NCBI RefSeq assembly: GCF_000017305.1
Contig: NC_009664.2
Span: 3,000,001 to 3,032,000 of the forward strand
DNA from: Kineococcus radiotolerans SRS30216 = ATCC BAA-149
GTDB lineage: Bacteria; Actinomycetota; Actinomycetes; Actinomycetales; Kineococcaceae
Length of the DNA: 32,000 nt
Reading direction: 5' to 3'
The notes beneath the pieces are model-generated. The model searched no databases, was not told where the DNA came from, and was given only the letters and a program-made list of their open reading frames with translations. This document shows positions 1 to 7,505 of the stretch, in pieces; within the stretch, counting starts at the first letter, position 1; the number at the start of each line of letters is the position of its first letter. Both the position numbers and the translations under genes were made by a program.

Positions 1-1
1 C

Positions 2-325
2 GGCCTGCGGCTGTCCGGCGGGCAGCGCCAGCGCCTGGGGATCGCCCGCGCCCTCTACACCGACCCCAAGGTCCTCGTGCTCGACGAGGCCACCTCGGCG
101 CTGGACGCCTCCACGGAGGCCGCGGTGACCGCGACGGTCGCCGCCCTGCGCGCCGAGGTGACCGTCCTCGTCGTCGCGCACCGCCTCGCCACGGTCCGCG
201 ACTGCGACGCCGTGGTGCTGCTGGAGGACGGGCGCGTCGTCGACGTCGGGACCTTCGACGAGGTCGTGGCGCGGGTCCCGGACTTCGCGGTGCAGGCCCA
301 GCTGTCCGGGCTGGCCGGCGCCTGA
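2..325 (+). CDS. ABC transporter ATP-binding domain, C-terminal fragment (5' end outside window)
   Basis: The frame starting at nt 2 reads [35 protein letters not shown]...VVAHRL. That gives the ABC signature LSGGQ, Walker B and the H-loop. TGA at 323-325. ORF-track entry 77..325 is its tail. Confidence 0.85.
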   Translation, partial: GLRLSGGQRQRLGIARALYTDPKVLVLDEATSALDASTEAAVTATVAALRAEVTVLVVAHRLATVRDCDAVVLLEDGRVVDVGTFDEVVARVPDFAVQAQLSGLAGA

Positions 326-332
326 GGGCCGG

Positions 333-1907
333 TCAGCCCCCCGCGGGGGGCTCCACCGGCAGCGCGGGGTGCTCCACCGGCAGCGCCGGGGCGAGCCGGC
401 GCAGCGCGGTGTACGTGGGGACCAGCGCCGCGTAGAGGTCGGTGAACACCGGCCGCAGCTGGGCGTAGACGCCGGCCGCCGCGGGGTCGGGCGCCACCCG
501 CGACTGCACGGTGACGAGGTCGGCGGCCACCTCCACCGAGGGCACCATCCCCAGCGCCTCCATCCCCAGCAGCGCCGCGCCGAAGCTGGAGCCCTCGTAG
601 CCGGCGGCGAAGCCGACCTCCATGTCCAGGGCGTCGGCCAGGACCTGGCGCCACAGCGGGCTGCGGGCGAAGCCGCCGGTGGCGCGCAGCCCTTCCACGC
701 GCAGCCCGGCCAGGCGCATCGACTGCAGGACCACCGACAGCTGCAGGCACACCCCCTCCACCGCGGCCCGCACCAGGTGCTCGCGCCGGTGCGCGCGGGT
801 CAGGCCCACGTAGGCCCCGCGCGGCAGGGAGCTCCAGTGCGGCGCCCGCTCGCTGAGCAGGTACGGCAGCATCAGCAACCCCCCGGAGCCGGCCGGGACG
901 CGCCCGGCGAGCTCCAGGAGGGCCTCGTGCGGCTCCTCGCCCAGGTCGGGGGCCAGCGCGTCGCCGGCCCACTCCAGGACGACCCCGCCGTTGTTGATCG
1001 CACCCCCGACGACCCACCGCCCCGGGGTGAGGGCGTAGCAGAACACCTGCCCCAGCGGGTCGACCACGGGGCGGTCGACGACGACACGCAGGGCGCCGGA
1101 GGTGCCGATGGAGCAGGCGGCCACCCCCGGCCGCACCGCCCCGAGCCCCAGGTTGGCCAGCGGGCCGTCGCCGGCCCCCACCACGAGCGGGGTCGCGACG
1201 GGCAGGCCCGTCGCCGCGGCCGCGGCGTCGGTCAGCCCGGGCAGGACGTGCGTCGTGGTCACCGGTTCGGGCAGCTGCTCCAGCTGCACCCCGGCCAGCT
1301 GCAGGGCCTCCGCGTCCCAGCGCAGCGCGGCGAGGTCGAACAGCCCCGTGGAGGAGGCCGTGGAGTGGTCCACGACGAGGGCGCCGGCCAGGTGCAGCAG
1401 CACCCAGTCCTTCACCCCGATCCAGAAGCTGACCCGCTCGCACAGCTTGGGTTCCTGCTCGCGGAACCAGACCAGCTTGGGCAGCGGGGACATCGGGTGC
1501 AGCGGCGTCCCGGTGCGCCGGTGCAGCGCGAGCCCGCCCGGGGCGGCGCGCAGCCGTTCCGCCTGGGTGCCGGCGCGGGTGTCCGCCCAGGTGATCACCG
1601 GGGTCAGCGGGCGGTGCTCGGCGTCCAGGCCCAGCAGGCTGTGCATGGCGGTGCTGAAGGACAGCCCCGCCACCCGCCCGGCGCCGACCGCCTCGACGAC
1701 GGCCCGCACCGAGCGCTGGACGGCGTCCAGGATGAGGTGGGGGTCCTGCACGGCGTGGCCGGGCTCCGGTTCCTCCAGCGGGTAGCCCACCGAGTGCTGC
1801 GCCGTCGCGGTGCCGGCGGTGTCGTAGGCGACGACCTTGGTGCTCGTGGTGCCGATGTCGACGCCGAGGACGAGGTCCGCACCCCCCGCGGTGCCCGCGC
1901 CGCTCAC
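333..1907 (-). CDS. gntK: FGGY-family carbohydrate kinase, gluconokinase-like (524 aa)
   Basis: N-terminus VLGVDIGTTSTKVVAYD (FGGY phosphate-1 motif). Later GAGDGPLANLG, GGAINNGG and ATGGFARSPLWRQVLADAL are typical of FGGY gluconate/xylulose kinases. The GTG start at 1907 overlaps the upstream permease stop (GTGA, 1904-1907). The ORF-track 812-aa version is a read-through extension. Confidence 0.85.
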   Translation of the reverse strand: MSGAGTAGGADLVLGVDIGTTSTKVVAYDTAGTATAQHSVGYPLEEPEPGHAVQDPHLILDAVQRSVRAVVEAVGAGRVAGLSFSTAMHSLLGLDAEHRPLTPVITWADTRAGTQAERLRAAPGGLALHRRTGTPLHPMSPLPKLVWFREQEPKLCERVSFWIGVKDWVLLHLAGALVVDHSTASSTGLFDLAALRWDAEALQLAGVQLEQLPEPVTTTHVLPGLTDAAAAATGLPVATPLVVGAGDGPLANLGLGAVRPGVAACSIGTSGALRVVVDRPVVDPLGQVFCYALTPGRWVVGGAINNGGVVLEWAGDALAPDLGEEPHEALLELAGRVPAGSGGLLMLPYLLSERAPHWSSLPRGAYVGLTRAHRREHLVRAAVEGVCLQLSVVLQSMRLAGLRVEGLRATGGFARSPLWRQVLADALDMEVGFAAGYEGSSFGAALLGMEALGMVPSVEVAADLVTVQSRVAPDPAAAGVYAQLRPVFTDLYAALVPTYTALRRLAPALPVEHPALPVEPPAGG

Positions 1908-3367
1908 AGGACCAGGTACCCGAGGAAGGCCAGCGCGAAGCCGACGAGGCCGATGAGGGTCTCCATGACCGTCCACGTCCGCAGCGTCGTGGGCACGTCC
2001 ATGCCCAGGAAGCGCCCCACGAGCCAGAAGCCGGAGTCGTTGACGTGGCTGAGCGCGGTCGCGCCGGCGGCGATGGCGATGACGATGAACGCGGGGTCGA
2101 GGCTGGACAGGCCCGCGGTCGCCTCGACGGTGGGGGCCATCAGCCCGGCGGTGGTGGTCAGCGCCACCGTCGCCGAGCCCTGCGCCACGCGCAGGCCCAG
2201 GGAGATGATGAACGCGGCCACGATGACGGGCAGGCCGGTCGCGGCCAGGGTGTCGGCCAGGGCGCCGCCGATGCCGCTGGCGCGCAGGACCCCGCCGAAC
2301 ATGCCGCCGGCGCCGGTGATGAGGATGACGGCGCAGACCGGCCCGAGGGAGCTGTTGGCCAGGTCCTCGACCTCGCCGCGCGTCAGCCGGCCCCGGCTGA
2401 GGACGACCATGGTGACGAGCACGGCGATGAGCAGCGCGATGGGCGTCTGCCCCACCAGGCGCAGCACCTGCACCCAGGTCGCCTCGCCGTCGACGGCGCC
2501 GGCGGTGGCCAGCGTGTTCAGGCCCGTGTTGAGGAAGATCAGCACCAGGGGCAGCAGCAGCACGAGGAGGACGGTGCTGAAGCGCGGGGCGGCCGGGCCC
2601 GGGGTGCCCGTCCCGCCCGTCGCGCCCGGGGCGGTGGCGGCGCCGGCGGTGCCGGAGGGCCCGGCCTGCCCGGCCGTGTTCGCGGCCAGGCGCTCGGCCC
2701 ACTCCGCGGGCAGCGGCACGTCGGTGCGGCGCCCGGCCCACAGGCCGAAGAGGTAGCTGGCGGTGAACCACGTGGGGACGGCGAGGACGAGGCCCACGAG
2801 GATGAGGACGCCGATGTCGGCGCCGAGCAGCTCACCGGCCGCGACCGGGCCGGGGTGCGGGGGCACGAAGGCGTGCATGACGGCGAAGGCGCCCGCGGCG
2901 GGCAGGGCGTACGTCAGGACGGAGCCGCCGAAGCGGCGGGCCACCGAGAAGATGATCGGCAGGAAGACCACGAGCCCGGCGTCGAAGAAGATCGGGAACC
3001 CGAAGATCAGCGAGGCGACGCCGAGGGCGAGGGGGGCGCGCTTCTCGCCGAAGCGGGCCACGAGGGTGTCGGCGAGCACCTGCGCGCCGCCGGTGACCTC
3101 CAGCAGGCGCCCGATCATGACGCCGAAGCCGACGAGCAGGGCGACGCTGGCCAGCGTGCTGCCGAAGCCGGCGGTCAGGACGTCGACGACGTCGAGCAGG
3201 CTCCCGTCGGGACCGACGGTGACGACGGCGGTGACGGCGCTGACGAGCACGAGCGCGACGAACGCGTGCAGCTTGAAGCGGATGATCAGCAGCAGCAGCA
3301 GGGCCACGGCGGCGGCGGCGATGAGCAGCAGCGTGCTCGTGCCGTAGGCGGGTGTGACGGTCTCCAT
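1904..3367 (-). CDS. gntP: GntP-family gluconate:H+ symporter (487 aa)
   Basis: Polytopic protein METVTPAYGTSTLLLIAAAAV...FKLHAFVALV...GFGSTL...FGEKRAPLALGVASLIFGFPIFFDAGLVVFLPIIF, characteristic of the GntP permease family. ATG at 3367 is preceded by GGAGGA (reverse complement of 3371-3376). It sits directly upstream of the kinase. Confidence 0.9.
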   Translation of the reverse strand: METVTPAYGTSTLLLIAAAAVALLLLLIIRFKLHAFVALVLVSAVTAVVTVGPDGSLLDVVDVLTAGFGSTLASVALLVGFGVMIGRLLEVTGGAQVLADTLVARFGEKRAPLALGVASLIFGFPIFFDAGLVVFLPIIFSVARRFGGSVLTYALPAAGAFAVMHAFVPPHPGPVAAGELLGADIGVLILVGLVLAVPTWFTASYLFGLWAGRRTDVPLPAEWAERLAANTAGQAGPSGTAGAATAPGATGGTGTPGPAAPRFSTVLLVLLLPLVLIFLNTGLNTLATAGAVDGEATWVQVLRLVGQTPIALLIAVLVTMVVLSRGRLTRGEVEDLANSSLGPVCAVILITGAGGMFGGVLRASGIGGALADTLAATGLPVIVAAFIISLGLRVAQGSATVALTTTAGLMAPTVEATAGLSSLDPAFIVIAIAAGATALSHVNDSGFWLVGRFLGMDVPTTLRTWTVMETLIGLVGFALAFLGYLVL

Positions 3368-3420
3368 CGATCCTCCAGGGACGGCGGTGTCTCGCGGGGG
3401 AGGGTAGCCCACCCGGGCAT

Positions 3421-3460
3421 TACGTCGTACCTTTCCGGTGCGTTCCGGCGATACGTGTAC
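3421..3460. promoter_or_regulatory. Candidate GntR operator boxes in the gntR / gntP-gntK divergent region
   Basis: TACGTCGTA (3421-3429) is a perfect 9-bp palindrome containing GT-N3-AC. The related box TACGTGTAC lies at 3452-3460. Direct repeats TTCCGGTG / TTCCGGCG lie between them (3433-3450). GntR/FadR-family operators usually follow a GT-Nx-AC pattern. Confidence 0.3.
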
Positions 3461-4226
3461 GGAGGAGGCCGGGCAGTATGGGGACGTGCCCGACCCCACC
3501 CCGCAGCCGCGGGCCGACTCCCCCCGCGACGGCGGCCCCTACGACCGCGTCCTGGAGCGCCTCGGCCGGCGCGTCGTGGACGGCGAGCTGCCCCCCGGCA
3601 CCGTGCTCGCCCTGGAGGGCATCGCCGCCGAGCACGGCGTCTCGCGCACCGTGGCCCGCGAGGTCGTCCGCGTCCTGGAGTCCCTCAACCTGCTCGTCAG
3701 CCGCCGCCGCGTCGGGGTCGTCGTCCGCCCGCGGGAGCAGTGGACCGTGCTCGACCCGCGCATCGTGCGCTGGCGCCTGGCCGGCCCCGGGCGCCAGGCC
3801 CAGCTGCTCGCCCTCAGCGAGCTGCGCCTCGCCGTCGAACCGGTCGCCGCCGCCCTCGCCGCCCGCCACGCCACTCCCGAGCAGTGCGGCGCGCTGGTCG
3901 AGGCCGTCGTCGGGATGACCGTCACCGCCCGCACCCCCGACCTGACCGCCTACCTCCAGCACGACGCCCGCTTCCACCGCACCCTGCTGGGGGCCACCGC
4001 CAACGACGCGTTCGCCGCGCTGGCCGGCACCCTCACCGAGGTGCTCGCCGGGCGCACCGAGCACCGGCTGATGCCCGCCCGGCCCGCCGCCCAGGCCATC
4101 GCCTGGCACCGCGAGGTCGCCGAGGCCGTCAGCGTCGGCGACGCCGACGCCGCCGAGGACGCCATGCGCTCGATCGTGCGGGAGGCCACCGCCGCGATGG
4201 CCGCCGCCTCCGCCCCCGGCGCCTGA
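3438..4226 (+). CDS. GntR/FadR-subfamily transcriptional regulator (wHTH + FCD domain)
   Basis: YDRVLERLGRRVVDGELPPGTVLALEGIAAEHGVSRTVAREVVRVLESLNLLVSRRRVGVVV is the GntR winged HTH. The all-helical C-terminus (LRLAVEPVAAALAA...FHRTLL...) is FCD-like. It is divergent from gntP-gntK. The start is ambiguous between GTG 3438 (ORF track) and in-frame GTG 3486. Confidence 0.85.
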   Translation: MRSGDTCTEEAGQYGDVPDPTPQPRADSPRDGGPYDRVLERLGRRVVDGELPPGTVLALEGIAAEHGVSRTVAREVVRVLESLNLLVSRRRVGVVVRPREQWTVLDPRIVRWRLAGPGRQAQLLALSELRLAVEPVAAALAARHATPEQCGALVEAVVGMTVTARTPDLTAYLQHDARFHRTLLGATANDAFAALAGTLTEVLAGRTEHRLMPARPAAQAIAWHREVAEAVSVGDADAAEDAMRSIVREATAAMAAASAPGA

Positions 4227-4231
4227 CCCCG

Positions 4232-4254
4232 CCCCGGGGCGTGGCGCCCCGGGG
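4232..4254 (+). terminator. GC-rich hairpin after gntR (10-bp perfect stem, 3-nt loop)
   Basis: ccccggggcg-tgg-cgccccgggg sits 6 nt after the gntR stop. There is no U-tract, which is common for intrinsic terminators in high-GC actinobacteria. Confidence 0.4.
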
Positions 4255-4270
4255 GAGCGCCCGCACTGGG

Positions 4271-4276
4271 TAGGGT
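4271..4276 (+). promoter_or_regulatory. Candidate -10 hexamer TAGGGT for a leaderless glycan-operon transcript
   Basis: A TAnnnT hexamer lies 8 nt upstream of the GTG at 4285. No Shine-Dalgarno sequence lies between them, whereas most other genes here have GGAGG-like sites or coupled starts. Confidence 0.3.
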
Positions 4277-4284
4277 CGCGGACC

Positions 4285-5466
4285 GTGCCGCCCCTCGTCC
4301 GCATCGCGACGCGGACCTACCCCCCGGACGTGGGGGCCGCCCCCTTCCGCCTGCGCGCCCTGGCCCGCGCCCTCGTCGAGGCCGGCTGCGAGGTCGAGGT
4401 CGTCACCACGAGCGCCACCGCCCCCGAGACCGCCGACCCCGGTGTCGCGACCCGGCGCCGCCCCGTCCTGCGCGACGCCGACGGCGCCGTCCGCGGGTAC
4501 GTGCCCTACCTCTCCTTCGACGTCCCCCTCGCCGCGCGGCTGCTGACCGGCGCCCGCCCCGACGTCGTCGTCCACGAACCCCCGCCGACCACCGGGGTCG
4601 TCACCCGCGTCACCTCCGCGCTGCGCCGGGTCCCCTACGTCTCCTACCTGCCCGACGTCTGGTCGCAGGGCGCCGTCGCCGCCGGGGCGCCCGCCCCGGT
4701 GCTGCGGGCCGTCGCGCTGGCCGAGCAGGCCGCGCTGCGCGGGGCGGCCCGGGTCCTGGCCGTCACCGCGGGGATGGCCGAGGAGGTCGTGCGCGGGGGC
4801 GTGGACCCCGCCCGGGTCCGCGTCGTGGGCAACGGCGTGGACGTCGACGTCTTCCGGCCCGCCGCCGACCCCGCCGCCGACCCCGCCACCGCCGACCCGG
4901 GCCCGCCGGCCGGGGACCTGCGCGTCGTCTACAGCGGGACCATGTCGGAGTGGCAGGGGGCGGAGGTTCTCCTCCGCGGCTTCGCGCGGGTCCTGCGCGA
5001 GCGGCCCGGGGCCCGGCTCACCCTGGTCGGCGGCGGCGTCGACGTCCCCCGGCTGCGGGCGCTGGCCGCCGAGCTCGCCCCGCACGCCATCGACCTGCCC
5101 GGCACCGTCGCCCCCGAGCGGGCCGCGCGGCTGCTGGCCGGCGCCGACCTCGCGCTGGCCTCCCTCGTCCCCGGCACCGGCTACGACCTCATGTCGCCCA
5201 CGAAGATCTACGCGGCCACGGCCTGCGGCACCCCCGTCCTCTTCGCCGGGGTCGGCACCGGCGCTGCGGTCGTGCGCGAGCACGGGCTGGGGGTCGTCGT
5301 GGACCACGACCCCGACGCGGTGGCCGCGGCCCTGCGCGCGGCCACCACCCCGGACCCGGCCACCCGGGCCCGGCTGCGGGAGTGGGCGCTGGCGCACGGC
5401 TCCCTCGCCGCGGCGGCCCGCCGGGCCGCCGACGCGGTGCTCGAAGCGCTGCGGCCCCCGCGGTGA
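4285..5466 (+). CDS. GT4-family (GT-B fold) glycosyltransferase (393 aa)
   Basis: N-terminal Rossmann half (RIATRTYPPDVGAAPFRLRALARALVEAGCEVEVVT). C-terminal half with RVVYSGTMSEWQGAEVLL...LTLVGGG...PTKIYAATACGTPVLFAG, typical of WcaI/GT4 enzymes. GTG start at 4285. Confidence 0.85.
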   Translation: MPPLVRIATRTYPPDVGAAPFRLRALARALVEAGCEVEVVTTSATAPETADPGVATRRRPVLRDADGAVRGYVPYLSFDVPLAARLLTGARPDVVVHEPPPTTGVVTRVTSALRRVPYVSYLPDVWSQGAVAAGAPAPVLRAVALAEQAALRGAARVLAVTAGMAEEVVRGGVDPARVRVVGNGVDVDVFRPAADPAADPATADPGPPAGDLRVVYSGTMSEWQGAEVLLRGFARVLRERPGARLTLVGGGVDVPRLRALAAELAPHAIDLPGTVAPERAARLLAGADLALASLVPGTGYDLMSPTKIYAATACGTPVLFAGVGTGAAVVREHGLGVVVDHDPDAVAAALRAATTPDPATRARLREWALAHGSLAAAARRAADAVLEALRPPR

Positions 5467-7505
5467 TCCCGGCGACTCCCGCGATGGCCCCCGCGGTCCC
5501 CGGGTTCACCGTCGTCACCGGCGGGAGCCCCGCCTCCGACGCGCTCACCCTCGCCCTGGCCGCGGCCTGGGTCCTGCTGCCGGGGGCCCTCGTCCTCGCC
5601 GCCGCCGGGGTCCGCCGGGTCCCCGTGCTGCTCGGGGCCGCGCCGGCCACCTCGATCGGCGTCAGCACCGTCGTCGCGACCCTCACCGGGCTCAGCGGCA
5701 CCCGCTTCACGTGGTGGGGGGTCCTCGCCGCGACCGCCGTCCTCGCCCTGCTCGTCGCCGCGGTCCGCGGGCGGGGACGCGAACCGTTCGAGACCGGCCG
5801 GACCCCGCGCGGCCCGGCGATCGCCGCGGGGGTCCTGGTCCTCGCCGCGGGCGCCACGGCGTGCGAGCTGTTCCGGCGGGGGCTGGGCGCGCTCGCCACC
5901 CCGACGCAGGAGCACGACGCCCTCACCCACACCCTCGTCGCCGCCCGCGTCCTGCGCGCCGGGGACGCCGCGCCGTGGCGCGGCCAGGCCCTCGACGTCG
6001 TCACCGGCGTGCCCGCGCAGTACTACCCCAACGGGCTGCACCAGTGGGCGGCCCTCGTCGCCGGCACCGGCGACGTCAGCGTCGTCAGCGGCCTCAACGC
6101 CACGAGCGTCCTCGTCCTCGCCCTCGTCCAGCCGCTGGGCCTGCTCGCCCTGGCCGCGCGCACCCTGCCGCGGGCGTGGCTGCCCGCCGGCGGGGTCGCC
6201 GCCGTCGCCTCCGCGCTCGCCTACCAGCCGCTGCAGGCCATGCACCACGACTCCGGCGCCCTGCCGAACGCGGCCGCGATCGCCTTCGCCCCCGGCGTCG
6301 TCGCCCTGCTGCTGCCCCCGCCGAGCACCCCCGCCCGCGCCGTCGGGGGCCTCGTCCCCGCCCTGGCCCTGGCCTGCGCCGGAGCGGTCACCGTCCACCC
6401 CAGCGCCGCCCTCACCGTCGGCGGCGGGGTCCTCGGCTGGTTCGTCCTCGACGCCGTCGTCGGCCGGCGCAGCCCCTGGCGCGGGACGTGGTTCGCCGGC
6501 CTCGCCGGGGCCGGCGCGCTGGTCGCCGCCCTCGTGGGGACGGCGCTGGCCCGCGCCGCGGCCACCGGCGGGGGGTCCAGCTCCCGCTTCGTGCGCGACG
6601 TCGACCCGCAGTCCCTGCCCGACGCGCTGCACCGCGTCCTCACCCTGCCCCTGCAGGGCGGGATCGACCCCGCCGCGACCCGCGAGCAGTGGTGGCTGGC
6701 CGTCCCGGTGCTGCTGGGGGTGCTGCTGGCGGGACGCCGGGCCGGCGCGGCGGCGCTGACCTGGCTGGTGTGGACGGCGATCGCCGTGGCCTACCTCGTG
6801 GACCTGCGCGGCCCCGGCCTGGACCTGGTGTGGGACAGCGCCTGGAACTCCTACTACCGCGTCGTCGCCCACGGCAGCCCGTGGGCGTGGCTGCTCGCCG
6901 GGGTCGCGGTGGTCCGGCTCGCCGACCTGCTCACCGGCCCGCTCCCCGCGCGGGTCGCGCCCCGCGGCGCGCCCCTGCTGGCCGGGGCGCTGGGGCTCGC
7001 GCTCCTGGCCGGGGCCGGCTCCGACGTCCTGCCCACCGAGGTCCGCGCCCTGCGCGAGCGCTACGCCGACCCCGCCTACCAGCGCGTCGACGCCGACGAC
7101 GCGGCCGCCGCGCGCTTCCTCGCCGAGCACGTCCGCCCCGGCCAGCGCGTCCTGAACTCCGGCAACGACGGCTCCACCTACGCCTACGTCCTGGAGGGGG
7201 TGCCCGTCCTCGCCACCACCGCCGTCCCCACCGCCCCGCTGCCGGACCTGCGGACCCTGCTCAAGCGGTTCCGCGACCTGCCCACCGACCCCGAGGTCCA
7301 GGACCTCGTGCGCCGCCACGACGTCGCCTGGGTCGTCGTCGACGCCGACGCCCCCGGACTGCCCCTGCGCCCGGCCGACGCCGCGTTCTTCGGCGTCCCC
7401 GGCTACTCCGTGCCGCCGGGCCTGGTGGACCTCGACGCCGTCGCGGGCCTGCGCCGGGTCTTCACCAGCGGCACGGTGGGCGTGTGGCAGGTGACCGGGC
7501 CGTGA
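5463..7505 (+). CDS. Large polytopic membrane protein with a C-terminal extracytoplasmic domain, family not recognised (680 aa)
   Basis: GTG 5463 overlaps the GT4 stop (GTGA); ATG 5484 is an alternative start. About 430 aa of repeated hydrophobic helices are followed by a roughly 200-aa soluble region (RERYADPAYQRVDADDAAAARFLAEHVRPGQRVLNSGNDGSTYAYV...). It is embedded in the glycan operon. Confidence 0.7.
   Translation: MIPATPAMAPAVPGFTVVTGGSPASDALTLALAAAWVLLPGALVLAAAGVRRVPVLLGAAPATSIGVSTVVATLTGLSGTRFTWWGVLAATAVLALLVAAVRGRGREPFETGRTPRGPAIAAGVLVLAAGATACELFRRGLGALATPTQEHDALTHTLVAARVLRAGDAAPWRGQALDVVTGVPAQYYPNGLHQWAALVAGTGDVSVVSGLNATSVLVLALVQPLGLLALAARTLPRAWLPAGGVAAVASALAYQPLQAMHHDSGALPNAAAIAFAPGVVALLLPPPSTPARAVGGLVPALALACAGAVTVHPSAALTVGGGVLGWFVLDAVVGRRSPWRGTWFAGLAGAGALVAALVGTALARAAATGGGSSSRFVRDVDPQSLPDALHRVLTLPLQGGIDPAATREQWWLAVPVLLGVLLAGRRAGAAALTWLVWTAIAVAYLVDLRGPGLDLVWDSAWNSYYRVVAHGSPWAWLLAGVAVVRLADLLTGPLPARVAPRGAPLLAGALGLALLAGAGSDVLPTEVRALRERYADPAYQRVDADDAAAARFLAEHVRPGQRVLNSGNDGSTYAYVLEGVPVLATTAVPTAPLPDLRTLLKRFRDLPTDPEVQDLVRRHDVAWVVVDADAPGLPLRPADAAFFGVPGYSVPPGLVDLDAVAGLRRVFTSGTVGVWQVTGP

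Noticed and set aside
350-386. A 21-bp direct duplication (gctccaccggcagcgc twice) at the 3' end of gntK, giving ALPVEHP/ALPVEPP.
   Set aside because: It is real in the sequence. It is only a short in-frame duplication in a non-conserved C-terminal tail, with no functional implication that I can support.
3478-3918. ATG at 3478 with an ideally spaced GGAGGAGG Shine-Dalgarno (ORF-track 146-aa product).
   Set aside because: The translation (MGTCPTPPRSRGPTPPATAAPTT...) is Ser/Pro/Ala low complexity. It is out of frame with the clear GntR wHTH/FCD reading frame that covers the same DNA.
4861-4900. Tandem gccgccgacccc units encoding PAADPAADPATADP in the GT4 gene.
   Set aside because: This is a low-complexity inter-domain linker between the two Rossmann halves. 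It is too short and degenerate to treat as a meaningful repeat element.
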